From: Occultella glacieicola
GTDB taxonomy: Bacteria > Actinomycetota > Actinomycetes > Actinomycetales > Beutenbergiaceae
NCBI RefSeq assembly: GCF_004353825.1
Contig: NZ_SMNA01000004.1
Span: 372,001 to 436,000 of the forward strand
Length of the DNA: 64,000 bases
Direction of reading: 5' to 3'
Part shown: positions 1 to 12,129 of the stretch, in pieces
Layout of the letters: the number at the start of each line of letters is the position of its first letter
Numbering within the stretch: the stretch's first letter is position 1
Notes under the pieces: generated by a model
Told to the model about the DNA's origin: nothing
Databases searched by the model: none
The model's input: only the letters and a program-made list of their open reading frames with translations
Program-made: the position numbers and the translations under genes

Positions 1-1812
1 GTCGTCGACAGGGGGAGTCGGCGCCGAGGGCGCAACCGACACCGTGAGCTGGGCCGGGGCGGTGATGACGCCGTAGTTGCCGTCGTAGGTGACCGTCAGC
101 GGGTACAGCCCCGGAGTGAGGTCCGCCGGGATCGTGCAGGAGTCGGCCTCGGTGACGTCGAAGGAGCACAGCACCTCACCGGGGGCCGGGACGCGCTTAC
201 CGCCGCCGAGTGGGGTGACGGCCACGGTCACGGTGCCGGTGGCGTCGTCGGGCAGTGCCGAGGCAAGCCCGATGCGACCCGACTCGCCGGCACCCAGCTG
301 CAGGTCGTCACTGGTCAGCACCAGGTGCGGGGTGACCTGCAGCGGCACCAGCGGCGGCAGGTCGGGAACCGACCAGCCCTGCTCGAGCCACGTCGGGACG
401 GCTGTGACGAGGTACTGCCCAGCGGGGAGCGCGGAGACGTCCACGTCACACGAGGTCTCCGGGTGGACCATCGCGCACGCCGGGGTGACCGGCTCGGGGT
501 CGGTCTCCTCCACGTAGGACGCGGGCACGATGGTCGCCTGCCAGTCGAACTCCGTGCCGGTCGGCGGGTCGACGGTGACGGTGAGCGTCCCCAAGCCTTC
601 GCGCATCGTGGTGGCCGAGGTCGAGACCGTGTAGTCCAGGAGACGTTCGCCGACGGCGAGGGTGAACTCGCGGGTGAGGTGCTGCACCCCGTGGTTCCCA
701 CCCACCACGAGGGTGAAGGTGCCCGTCTCCTGCGGGGTGCCGCCGATCTCTCCGTCCGCCGTGAACGTCATCCCGACCGGCAGGTCCGAACCCTCCAGGA
801 GGGTGAACGTGGCGTCCTCCTCGGTCGTGGCGAGGGCAACGGAGTACGGCAGGGAGTACGTCGCCGTCGGCAACGCCTCCGGGGTGACCCACTGCATCGG
901 GTCGACCATGAACGGGCCGGGGATGGAGAACTCGGCCGGTTCGTACAGGGTGTCGCCGGAGTAGGAGCCGCGCACGTGCGGGTAGCCGGCTTCGAGCGCG
1001 GACAGGTCCAGGGTGACGGGTCCGGTCAGGGGCAGGCGGGCCGTGGCCAGCACGTGCTCGCCCGAGGTGAAGGTGATCGTGCCGGTTGCGCCGCCTGGGA
1101 TGTTGGTGACGGTGGCGTCGATCGAGGCGTCCGGGCCGGTGACGACCATGTGGTTGCCCACCAGGCTTCCGGAGATCGCACTCGGCCGCCCGGTCACGAC
1201 CACCGTGTGCTCCACGGTCTCGTGGTTCCAGTTCCCGGTGTCCGTGGTCTCCGCACTGATCACGTGCGTGCCCCGCCACAGGCCGCTGATCGTGCAGGTC
1301 CCGTAGTCGCACCACAGGCGGATCCGTTCCCCGTCCTCGGTGAGCAGGAAGTACTGCAGCGGGCTGGTGTGCTCGGGGTGGTCGGTGCTGGCGGTGAGCG
1401 AGATCGTCTGCCCATACTCCAGTTCTGTGGGCGAGACGGAGAAGTTCAGTCCGGGGTCGCCCTTGTCCACGTCGAAGAAGAACTCGGCGAACCCGCCGTT
1501 GTCGGCTTCGTCCGCAACCATGATCTGCATCATCGGGCCCCGACCGGCCGTGGTCGGAGTGCCGGTGAAGAGCCCGGAGGGGGACATGGTCATCCCGTCG
1601 GGCAGCCCACCCGCGACCGTGACGGTGACCTCGCCGACGCCCCCGGCCAGTTCGAGCTGGAAGGAGTAGGGGGTGCCCACCGTGGCCAAGGGCAACCGGG
1701 TGGTGACGACCCGGGGCGCCTCGGCAGCCTCTGCCGCGGGTGCGACCGTGGCGAGGCTGAGTGGTGTGGCCACCAGCAGGGCGGCCAGGAGCAGGCGGAG
1801 CAGGCGGGGCAC
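1..1812 (-). CDS. Secreted/surface protein with putative Ig (He_PIG) and bacterial Ig-like repeats; 3' end lies outside the window
   Basis: Not in the ORF track because it runs off the edge; translated by hand from GTG at 1812: MPRLLRLLLAALLVATPLSLATVAPAAEA (signal peptide), then LPLATVGTPYSFQL...GGLPDGMTMSPSGLFTGTPT (He_PIG-like), ending ...GLYPLTVTYDGNYGVITAPAQLTVSV. Confidence 0.85.
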   Translation of the reverse strand, partial: MPRLLRLLLAALLVATPLSLATVAPAAEAAEAPRVVTTRLPLATVGTPYSFQLELAGGVGEVTVTVAGGLPDGMTMSPSGLFTGTPTTAGRGPMMQIMVADEADNGGFAEFFFDVDKGDPGLNFSVSPTELEYGQTISLTASTDHPEHTSPLQYFLLTEDGERIRLWCDYGTCTISGLWRGTHVISAETTDTGNWNHETVEHTVVVTGRPSAISGSLVGNHMVVTGPDASIDATVTNIPGGATGTITFTSGEHVLATARLPLTGPVTLDLSALEAGYPHVRGSYSGDTLYEPAEFSIPGPFMVDPMQWVTPEALPTATYSLPYSVALATTEEDATFTLLEGSDLPVGMTFTADGEIGGTPQETGTFTLVVGGNHGVQHLTREFTLAVGERLLDYTVSTSATTMREGLGTLTVTVDPPTGTEFDWQATIVPASYVEETDPEPVTPACAMVHPETSCDVDVSALPAGQYLVTAVPTWLEQGWSVPDLPPLVPLQVTPHLVLTSDDLQLGAGESGRIGLASALPDDATGTVTVAVTPLGGGKRVPAPGEVLCSFDVTEADSCTIPADLTPGLYPLTVTYDGNYGVITAPAQLTVSVAPSAPTPPVDD

Positions 1813-2073
1813 GGGCGCTCGATTCTTCGGGGTGACGTCCCCGGACGCCAGACGCCCCGGGTCTCCTCGGACACGTTTCCGGCAGAGGAGTGTGCGGACG
1901 CCTCCACGCTCAAGGACGTCCTCACTCGCATTATCGGCAGCGGTGCACCGGATGTAAGGAGATGCACCGCACGACAGCGACGCTGCCCGAAGTCCTCGGC
2001 CAACGGTGTGAGCGACGCCAGGGCCGCAGGGGAAGCCCGCGACGCCGAGGTGTGGGTCCTGTAACGTCCGCTC

Positions 2074-3069
2074 GTGGACGATTTCGAGCCTGCGTCGACC
2101 ATCGGTCCGGGCGGGCCAGGCTGGTCGTTCGATCCGACGAGCCTGCGTCCCCGGATCGACGACCTCCCGGCGTTCCGAGCCGCCCACCGTGACGACGCGG
2201 CGCTGCCGTTGCTCGAGGAACTCTGGAGCGGGCGGCCGGAAGCGGCCATACGGCACGCCGAGTCGCTCCTGGCGGGGGATGACTCGCCGCGTCATCGTGC
2301 GCTCCACGCGGACGTCCTGCGCGACCTGGGCCGCCACGACGACGCGATCGCCGAGTACGAGACGCTGGTGGCACACGCCACGGGAGGTCCGCAGGAGGCG
2401 GTGATGGTCCAGCACCTGGGCAAGGGGCTGTTCGCCGCGGGGCGCGTCGCGGAGGCCGCCGGGGCGTTCCGCCGCTCCCTCGACCTGCGGCGGGCAGCCG
2501 GCGCGGACCCGGCTCTGATCGCGTCCTCCCGGGCCGCGCTGGCGCGGGCGGAGTCGCTGCTGGGCGAGTCGACCGGGCCGGCGGGGGTCACGATCCGTTC
2601 CGCCGTGACCTCGGACGCGCGGGCCTTGGGCGACGTGAACCGGGACACGTTCATGGAGACCTACGGCGATCGACTCGGCGGGCAGTTCTGGGAACGCTTC
2701 ACACCCGAACGGGCGGAGCGAGCGTGGCGCACCTGGCTCGCCGACGGTGCACCCCGCTGGGTCGCGCTCACCGGCGACGAACTGGTCGGGTTCGCGTTCG
2801 CGCGAGCGTCCCGGCCCAGCGGGACCCATGAGCCGGTCCGGGACCTGGAGCTCCACTCGCTGTACGTGCTCGCCGCGCACCACGGCACGGGCATCGGCCA
2901 GCGGCTCCTGGATCGCGCCATCCACCCCGGCGAACCGGCCCAGCTGTGGGTGGCCGACGGCAACCCGCGCGCGATCCGCTTCTACGAGCGCAACGGCTTC
3001 CGGCCGGATGGTGCGACGGATGACGGCGCGACGTTCAACGGCCTGTCGGCGCTGCGGATGGTCCGCTGA
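2074..3069 (+). CDS. TPR-domain / GNAT N-acetyltransferase fusion protein
   Basis: N-half helical TPR-like (LRDLGRHDDAIAEYE, QHLGKGLFAAGRVAEA); C-half GNAT (LYVLAAHHGTGIGQRLL, NPRAIRFYERNGF). Confidence 0.8.
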   Translation: MDDFEPASTIGPGGPGWSFDPTSLRPRIDDLPAFRAAHRDDAALPLLEELWSGRPEAAIRHAESLLAGDDSPRHRALHADVLRDLGRHDDAIAEYETLVAHATGGPQEAVMVQHLGKGLFAAGRVAEAAGAFRRSLDLRRAAGADPALIASSRAALARAESLLGESTGPAGVTIRSAVTSDARALGDVNRDTFMETYGDRLGGQFWERFTPERAERAWRTWLADGAPRWVALTGDELVGFAFARASRPSGTHEPVRDLELHSLYVLAAHHGTGIGQRLLDRAIHPGEPAQLWVADGNPRAIRFYERNGFRPDGATDDGATFNGLSALRMVR

Positions 3070-3116
3070 TTCCGAGTGTCGGGAATGGTCCGGGGCGCCC
3101 AGCGCAAGGGCGTGGT

Positions 3117-3244
3117 TATGATGGGAAACGGCCCAGCACGTCGTTGGCATGGATAACCGGCGTCCGGGTTCTGCCCGAACCATGCGCACAATCGGCTGAT
3201 CCTCCGCCTTCGGCGGGTGACAGGCTCAACGAGGAGCGTGGGAG
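3117..3244 (+). promoter_or_regulatory. Putative -10 (TATGAT 3117-3122) and structured 5' leader of the xdh operon
   Basis: Pairings GCATGG 3147-3152/CCATGC 3180-3185, CCGCC-TTC-GGCGG, and TCGTTG 3141-3146/CAACGA 3227-3232 overlapping a GAGGAG SD-like motif. Confidence 0.45.
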
Positions 3245-4773
3245 ATGGATCCCATTCAGGTGACCGTCAACGGTGAGGTGCGGACCGCGGGCGCGGCTGG
3301 ACCGCACACGAATCTGCTCGACTGGCTGCGCGGTGAGGGATTCACCGGCGCCAAGGAGGGGTGCGCCGAGGGGGAGTGCGGCGCATGCGCGGTGCTGGTC
3401 GCCCGGCCGGAACCGGACGGCACCACCCGGTGGGTGTCCGTGAACTCGTGCCTGCCCCCGGCGCTGGCGTTCGACGGCCAGGAGGTGGTCACCTCCGAGG
3501 GGCTCGGCCGTGCCCCCGGTGCCTGTGCGGTCGCGGACCTGCACCCCGTGCAGAAGGAGATGGCCGAGCGCGGCGGGTCCCAGTGCGGCTACTGCACGCC
3601 GGGGTTCGTCTGCTCGATGGCGGCCGAGTACTACCGGCCCGACCGGACCCCCGTCGAAGGTGACGGAGACGCACAGACCGGACCGGCCGCCGTCGGCGAT
3701 GACCACAACACGCATGCAGCCGACCACGAACACGGCCCGAACGGCTTCGACCTGCACGCGATGAGCGGCAACCTGTGCCGGTGCACCGGCTACCGGCCGA
3801 TCAAGGACGCCGCCTACGCCCTCGGCCGGCCCGACGATTCCGATGCCCTGGCCCGCCGCCGAACCGCACCCGCGCCGGCGGCCCGGCCCACCCGGCTGCG
3901 CACCGACACCGGCGAGTTCGTGCGCCCGGCGAGCCTCGCCGAGCTCCTCGAGCGGCTCGCCGCCGACCCGGACGCGGTGCTCGTGGCCGGTGCCACCGAC
4001 GCCGGCGTTGAGCGCAACATCGCCCACCGGCGCCCGCCGCTCGTGCTCGCGATCGACCGGCTGGAGGAACTGCGCGGCCTGGAGATCGACGATGACCACA
4101 TCGAGCTCGGCGCCGCGCTGACCCTCACCGAGATCGAGACCCGGCTGGCCGGGCGGATCCCGCTGCTCGCGGACCTGTTCCCCCAGTTCGCGTCCCGGCT
4201 GATCCGCAACGGCGCCACCCTCGGCGGCAACCTCGGCACCGGCTCCCCGATCGGGGACGCCCCGCCGGTCCTGCTCGCCCTGGACGCGAGCGTGCTGCTC
4301 GCCTCGGCCGCCGGCGAGCGCGACGTGCCGCTGGCCGAGTACTTCACCGGGTACCGCGAGAGCGTGCGCACGCCCGGCGAGATCATCCGGTCCGTGCGGA
4401 TCCCGCTGCCACTGGCGCCGCACGCCGCGTTCTACAAGATCGCCAAGCGCCGCTTCGACGACATCTCGTCCGTCGCCGTCGCGATCGCCGCCGTGGTCGA
4501 GCAACGGACCGACGGCGGATCGCTCACCCGGGTGCGCATCGGCTTGGGTGGCGTGGCCGCCACCCCGATCCGGGCCCGCGCCACGGAGGACGCGCTCGCG
4601 GGTCGGCCCTGGACCGCCGACGTGGCCCGCGAGGCGGCCGCGATCATGGCCACCGAGGGAACCCCGCTCGACGACCACCGCGCCAGCGCCCGCTACCGCG
4701 CCTCGATGCTGGAGCAGGCGCTGCTGAAGTTCTACGAGGAGAACCACGCTTCTCCCGCCCTGGAGGTGACCCG

Positions 4774-4777
<4 letters not shown>
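3245..4777 (+). CDS. xdhA: Xanthine dehydrogenase small subunit (2Fe-2S + FAD)
   Basis: GAKEGCAEGECGAC, QCGYCTPGF, GNLCRCTGY, IRNGATLGGNLGTGSPIGD, KRRFDDIS. Confidence 0.95.
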
Positions 4778-7248
<2,471 letters not shown>

Positions 7249-8112
7249 GTGATGGACTGGCTGGGTGCCGTTCAACGGCTACGGCGCGAGGGTCGACCCG
7301 GGGTCCTGGTCACCGTCACGTCCGTGCGCGGCCATGCCCCACGTGAGGCCGGCGCCAAGATGGTGGTCTCCGCGGACGGCTCGTGGGGCACGATCGGTGG
7401 CGGGAACCTCGAGGCGACGGCGATCGAGCAGGCCCGGGTCCTGATCGCGGCGGGCACTCTGGTGCCACTGACGCTGGCCGCGGCCCTGAACGAGCACGAG
7501 ACCAACCGGCACGGGCAGCAGTGCTGCGGAGGCGTGGTGGACGTGTTCCTCGAGCCGCTGCCGGCCCGGCCCGTGGTCGCCGTGTTCGGCATCGGGCACG
7601 TCGGGCTGGAGCTCGGGCGGATCCTGTCCCGGCTGCCGCTCGTGGTGCACCTCGCGGACAGCCGGTCCGCGCAACTCACCGCCGCGGCCGGCCTCGGGCT
7701 GGAGGACGGCCCCGCGGACGTCCACCTCACCCACGCCCCGATCCCGGAGACGCTGATGGCGGCCCTCCCGGGCGGGGCGCACGTGCTGATCATGTCCCAC
7801 GACCACGCCGAGGACATGGTGCTCTGCGATGCCGCGCTGCGCCGCGGCGACCTCGGTTCGATCGGGCTGATCGGGTCGTCGGCGAAGTGGGCGCGGTTCC
7901 GCAAACGGCTGCGCGAGGCCGGGCACACCGACGCCGCGATCGACACGATCACCTGCCCGATCGGGTTGCCGGGCCTGCACGGCAAGGAGCCGGCCGTCAT
8001 CGCGATCAGCACCGCGGCCGCGCTGCTCGAGGCGTTGCAGCGCGAACCGGGCGCGGGACTGCACGCCGCCGACGCGAGTGCGGCGCTGACCCCCGGCGCG
8101 CCCGGCAAATAA
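7249..8112 (+). CDS. xdhC: Xanthine dehydrogenase accessory protein
   Basis: RGHAPREAGAKM, GTIGGGNLE, QCCGG, GLIGSSAKWARF, CPIGLPG..GKEPAVIA. Confidence 0.93.
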   Translation: MMDWLGAVQRLRREGRPGVLVTVTSVRGHAPREAGAKMVVSADGSWGTIGGGNLEATAIEQARVLIAAGTLVPLTLAAALNEHETNRHGQQCCGGVVDVFLEPLPARPVVAVFGIGHVGLELGRILSRLPLVVHLADSRSAQLTAAAGLGLEDGPADVHLTHAPIPETLMAALPGGAHVLIMSHDHAEDMVLCDAALRRGDLGSIGLIGSSAKWARFRKRLREAGHTDAAIDTITCPIGLPGLHGKEPAVIAISTAAALLEALQREPGAGLHAADASAALTPGAPGK

Positions 8113-8182
8113 GGGGCGCGGGCACGACGGCCGCTGCTACCTTGACGCCGAAGCCGTGCGAGAGAACGAGGAGGTGGTACCC

Positions 8183-8233
8183 GTGAACGCAACGACGTGG
8201 GTGCTCCTCGCTGGGGTCACGGTCGGGCGATAG
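8183..8233 (+). CDS. Putative 16-aa leader peptide MNATTWVLLAGVTVGR
   Basis: Strong SD (GAGGAGGT) before GTG 8183; stop TAG 8231-8233 runs into a hairpin covering the next gene's RBS. Confidence 0.55.
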   Translation: MNATTWVLLAGVTVGR

Positions 8234-8279
8234 GTCGTCCGGGAGCGCCGTCCGACGAGCACTCCCGAAAGGCACGACC

Positions 8280-9026
8280 ATGCACTTCACTTCCGAACAA
8301 CGCCTCGACGACGCCGTTCTCGAACGCGAATTCACCCTCGACGGTGGCCCTGACATCCCCGGCATCCTGTGGACGCCCGCATCTGCGACAGGATCCACAC
8401 CCTCGCCGCTGGTCCTGCTCGGCCAACCCGGCGGGCTGCGCGGGATGTACCCCCGCCTCGCCGGGCGGGCGCGGCAGTGCGTGGCGAACGGCTTCGCCGC
8501 GGCCACCATCGAACTCCCGGGCAGCGGTGACCGGCCCCGCTCGCCCGACGCCGAGCAGGCGCGCGCCGACCTGCGCCGGGCGGTGATGGCCGGCGACCCG
8601 GTCGACGACGAGATCGTCGGCCGGCTGGTCCGCCCCCTGGTCGAGCAGGCGGTCCCGGAGTGGCGGACCGCCTTGGACTCCCTCCTCGCACTGCCCGAGC
8701 TCGGTGGTCCGGTCGGGTACTCCGGTGGGGTGATCGCCATCGGTGTCCGGCTGGCGCTCGTCGAACCGCGCATCGTGGCCGCAGGCCTCTACGCCGGGAG
8801 CTACGTGCCCCGCGCCATGTTCGACGAGGCGCGGCAGGTCACGATCCCGCTGCACGTCCTGCTGCAGTGGGACGACGAGGGCAACGACCGGCAACTGGCG
8901 CTGGACCTGTTCGACGCCTTCGGCTCCCGGGAGAAGACGCTGCAGGCGAACCTGGGCGGGCACACCGGCGTCCCGGCGTTCGCGGGGGACGACGCGGCGA
9001 GGTTCTTCGTCCGGCACCTGACGTGA
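8280..9026 (+). CDS. Alpha/beta hydrolase fold protein (dienelactone hydrolase-like)
   Basis: GILWTP..PLVLLG, GPVGYSG, LLQWDDE, NLGGHTGVP; SD GAAAGG. Confidence 0.75.
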   Translation: MHFTSEQRLDDAVLEREFTLDGGPDIPGILWTPASATGSTPSPLVLLGQPGGLRGMYPRLAGRARQCVANGFAAATIELPGSGDRPRSPDAEQARADLRRAVMAGDPVDDEIVGRLVRPLVEQAVPEWRTALDSLLALPELGGPVGYSGGVIAIGVRLALVEPRIVAAGLYAGSYVPRAMFDEARQVTIPLHVLLQWDDEGNDRQLALDLFDAFGSREKTLQANLGGHTGVPAFAGDDAARFFVRHLT

Positions 9027-9052
9027 GACGGCCGGGCCGGCCGTGGATTCGC

Positions 9053-9724
9053 CTAGCTGGCTTCCTGCCGGCGCACGATCTCGGTGATCCAGGTCGGCGC
9101 GAACGGTGAGGTGCAGCCCGGCGCCGTCGGGTAGTCCTTGAGAACCTCGAGCCGCTCGCCGATGTCCAGGGCGCGGGCGCGCAGCGACGGGTGACGGATC
9201 CCGATCTGGGCGAGGGTCTCGTTCATCGCCCATTGCAGCGGGTCGGGGGCGTCCTTCATCTGCGCCTCGATGAGGTCGAGCAGCCCGGTCAGGTCGAGGT
9301 CCTCGGGCCGCTTGTTCACCCGTTCGGTGGTCAGTTCCCATCCGGCGGCGGCCACGTTCGGGTCGGAGTCCGCGAACCACGCCAGGCGCAGGGCCTCGGC
9401 GTTCGGGTTCTTCTTCACCACGTAGTGGACCAGCCAGTAGTGCACCTTCGGCTGCGGGGACTCGCGCAGCATGGCGTCGAGGTCGTCGTGGCTGAACGCC
9501 TTCGGCCGGCAGATCAACAGGGCCACCAGCCGCGCGGCCGTGTCCCCGGTCTCCCAGAGATCGACGGCGAGGTCCTGCTGGATCTTCAGCGGTTTCGCCA
9601 CCGCCCGGAGTTTGGTGAGGTTGACCCCGTGGTCGTCGCCGTGGCGCTCGTTCACCTCACGGATCTTCGGGTCCTCGAGCGCGGCCAGTTCGGCCAGCAC
9701 CTGCGCCACCGTGGTGTCAGACAT
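9053..9724 (-). CDS. DNA alkylation repair protein (AlkD-like)
   Basis: HGVNLTKLRAVAK, QWAMNETLAQIGI, DYPTAPGCTSPFAPTWI; start taken at ATG 9724. Confidence 0.85.
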   Translation of the reverse strand: MSDTTVAQVLAELAALEDPKIREVNERHGDDHGVNLTKLRAVAKPLKIQQDLAVDLWETGDTAARLVALLICRPKAFSHDDLDAMLRESPQPKVHYWLVHYVVKKNPNAEALRLAWFADSDPNVAAAGWELTTERVNKRPEDLDLTGLLDLIEAQMKDAPDPLQWAMNETLAQIGIRHPSLRARALDIGERLEVLKDYPTAPGCTSPFAPTWITEIVRRQEAS

Positions 9725-9849
9725 CGCGTCACTCCCCGTTCCGGACCTTGCTGGCATCCATGGTGTCACGCGCGACCGTCCGTGCGGGGTTCGCGCGGCG
9801 TCGGGCGCTTCCGCGGAAGCGCGGGACCGGGTGGCTCGCGCGGGTCGCC

Positions 9850-10836
9850 TCAGAGCAGTTCGGCGCGAAGTTGGGCCGGTGTCTTCGCTGAGAGCAGGCC
9901 GGGCGGGACATCCAGCACGGTGACGGCGCCGACCCGACCCTGGGCGTTCAGGCGGTGCACGGCCCGGGCGTAGGCGACGAGCACGCTCGCGGTGAACTCC
10001 GGGTTGCTCTCCAGCGCGAGCCGGTACTCGATCACCTGGGTGTGTGCGTCGCTGGTGTTGCCACTGCGGATCACGAAGCCGCCGTGCGGCATGGCGGCGT
10101 GGTCGCGGCGCAGGTCCTCGTCGCTGATGAAGTGGACCGTGGTGTCGTAGTCGGCGAAGTAGTTCGGCATCCCGACGATCGCGTCCCGCACCTTATCGGC
10201 GTCGGCACCGGGCTCGAGGACCACGAAGCACTCGCGGGTGTGCTTCTCACGGGTGGTCAGCTCCGGCCGCTCGCCCGAGCGGACCCGGTCGATCGCCTCC
10301 TGCGACGGGATCGTGTACTGAACCGCCGCGGCCACGCCCGGCACCCGCCGGATCGCGTCCGAGTGCCCCTGGCTCAGGCCCCGGCCCCAGAACGTGTCGG
10401 TGGCGCCGTCGGGCAGGAGGGCTTCGCCGTAGGCGCGGTTGATCGAGAACATCCCCGGGTCCCACCCGGCGGAGATCAGGGCCGTCCGGCCTCCGGCGCG
10501 GGCGGGGCCGTCGACGGCGTCGAAGTACTCCGGGATCCGCGCGTGGGTGTCGAAACTGTCCACCGTGTTGAAGGAGGCGGCCAGTGCCGGGCCCTGCTCG
10601 GGCAGGTCGGACCGGGAGCCGCCGCAGAGGATGAGCACGTCGATGTCGCCGGTCCGCCCGCTGAGGGAGTCCAGGGGGAAGACGGGAACCGCGGGGTCCA
10701 GCGGGGTCAGGGACTCCGGCGGCCGGCGGGTGAAGATGCCCACCAGGGTCAGGTCCGGGTTCTTCGCGAGGGCGGCCTCGACGCCGCGGCCCAGGTTGCC
10801 GTAGCCGGCGATGCCGATGCGGATCACGGTGCCCAT
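9850..10836 (-). CDS. ddh: meso-Diaminopimelate dehydrogenase
   Basis: IGIAGYGNLGRG, ILCGGS, VDSFDTH, GWDPGMFS, GLSQGHSDAIRR, HGG, NPEFTASVL. Confidence 0.95.
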   Translation of the reverse strand: MGTVIRIGIAGYGNLGRGVEAALAKNPDLTLVGIFTRRPPESLTPLDPAVPVFPLDSLSGRTGDIDVLILCGGSRSDLPEQGPALAASFNTVDSFDTHARIPEYFDAVDGPARAGGRTALISAGWDPGMFSINRAYGEALLPDGATDTFWGRGLSQGHSDAIRRVPGVAAAVQYTIPSQEAIDRVRSGERPELTTREKHTRECFVVLEPGADADKVRDAIVGMPNYFADYDTTVHFISDEDLRRDHAAMPHGGFVIRSGNTSDAHTQVIEYRLALESNPEFTASVLVAYARAVHRLNAQGRVGAVTVLDVPPGLLSAKTPAQLRAELL

Positions 10837-10937
10837 CGGGCCATCATCCCAGCAGCCGTGCCACCCGGTGGCCGCTGTTCTTCCGGCGCAGGCAGGCGTC
10901 CGGTGGATGGCGTTTTGCATCCGACGGAGGAGGCACC

Positions 10938-12111
10938 ATGCACCCCCGGAAGAACGCACAACCAGCCGGCGGCGCCGCCCGCCGGCGCCCCGACCGGCGG
11001 ATCCCCGGGCGCCTCATCGGTGCCCTGATCGGCGTGACGGCGCTCGCGGTCGCCGTGCCGGGGCCGGCCATGGCCGCCGGCAACGGCAGCGCGCTCGACG
11101 AGGCCGAGCACCACGATCCGGGCACCTACGCCCTGGAGATCACCGACTACTCGCAGGCCATCGAAGCGATCGCCGGCCAGCCCGGCGTCGAGCCGGTGAG
11201 CTTCACCGACCTCATCGCGAGCCGCTCGGGTGAGACGACCGCCTGCGGCGACGCCTGCCGCGCCTGGCCCGAACACCTCGACTCCGACGACCGCTGGTAC
11301 CCACAGGGTCTGGCGGGCAGCGAGGAGTCCAACTGGTCGGACGCCCCGGACACGGAGGTGTTCGTCTCGGCCTGGTACCAGCGCATCTCGCCGGACGACC
11401 ACGCGGCGGTCGACTCGTCGCTGAAGTTCATCTCCACCGACGACTGGCGCTACCGCAACGTCCCGCTGCGGCTGCCGGTGCGGACCGACGACGGCTGGTC
11501 CACGGAGTCGCTGGCCAGCCACAACGGTGGCGTCGCCTGGGCCGGGTCCTACCTCTACGTGGCCGCGACCGACCGGATCCACCGGTTCGACCTGCGCACC
11601 GTGATGACCGACGACGACGGCTACTTCCTCGTCCCGGACCGCACCTATGTCGGGATCGACCAGGAGCCCTACGGCGAGCCCGCGACTGTCCTCGATCTCC
11701 ACGGACTGGACCGGGACGCCCGCACTCGTCTCCTCGGAGTACGCCGCCGACGAGGCCACCACCACGGAGGTGGTCCGCTGGCCGTTGACCGAGTCCGGGG
11801 ACCTCGCCGCCGAGAACGGCACCGTGGGCTCGCAGGACAACTTCTGGATCGACAAGGACTCCTCGATCGACCGGGTCCAGGGTGTCGCCGCGCACGAGGG
11901 CCTCTATCTGTTCAGCGGCTCCGGAGGGACGCTTGACCTCGCCCGGGTCGGCTCGCAGACGGACCGGGACACCCTGACCTGGGGCCGGACCGACGACGAC
12001 ATCCACATCCCGGAGGACCTGTACCTCAGCGCGTCGAACGTCTACGGACAGACGGAGGAGCGCAACGACCGGTACGTGTTCTGGGCGTCCCGTGCCGACG
12101 TGCTGCCCTGA
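10938..12111 (+). pseudogene. Secreted protein (possible beta-propeller) with a single +1 frameshift
   Basis: Signal peptide and WYPQGL..HNGGVAWAG in ORF 10938; protein-like sequence continues in ORF 11647-12111 (RLSSISTDW...RVQGVAA...PEDL) after one extra C at 11679-11681; may be a sequencing error. Confidence 0.7.
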
Positions 12112-12129
12112 CCTGGGCGCGCACCCCGT

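Noticed and set aside
325..2064. 579-aa plus-strand ORF
   Set aside because: Antisense to the Ig-like gene, which has a signal peptide and recognisable domains.
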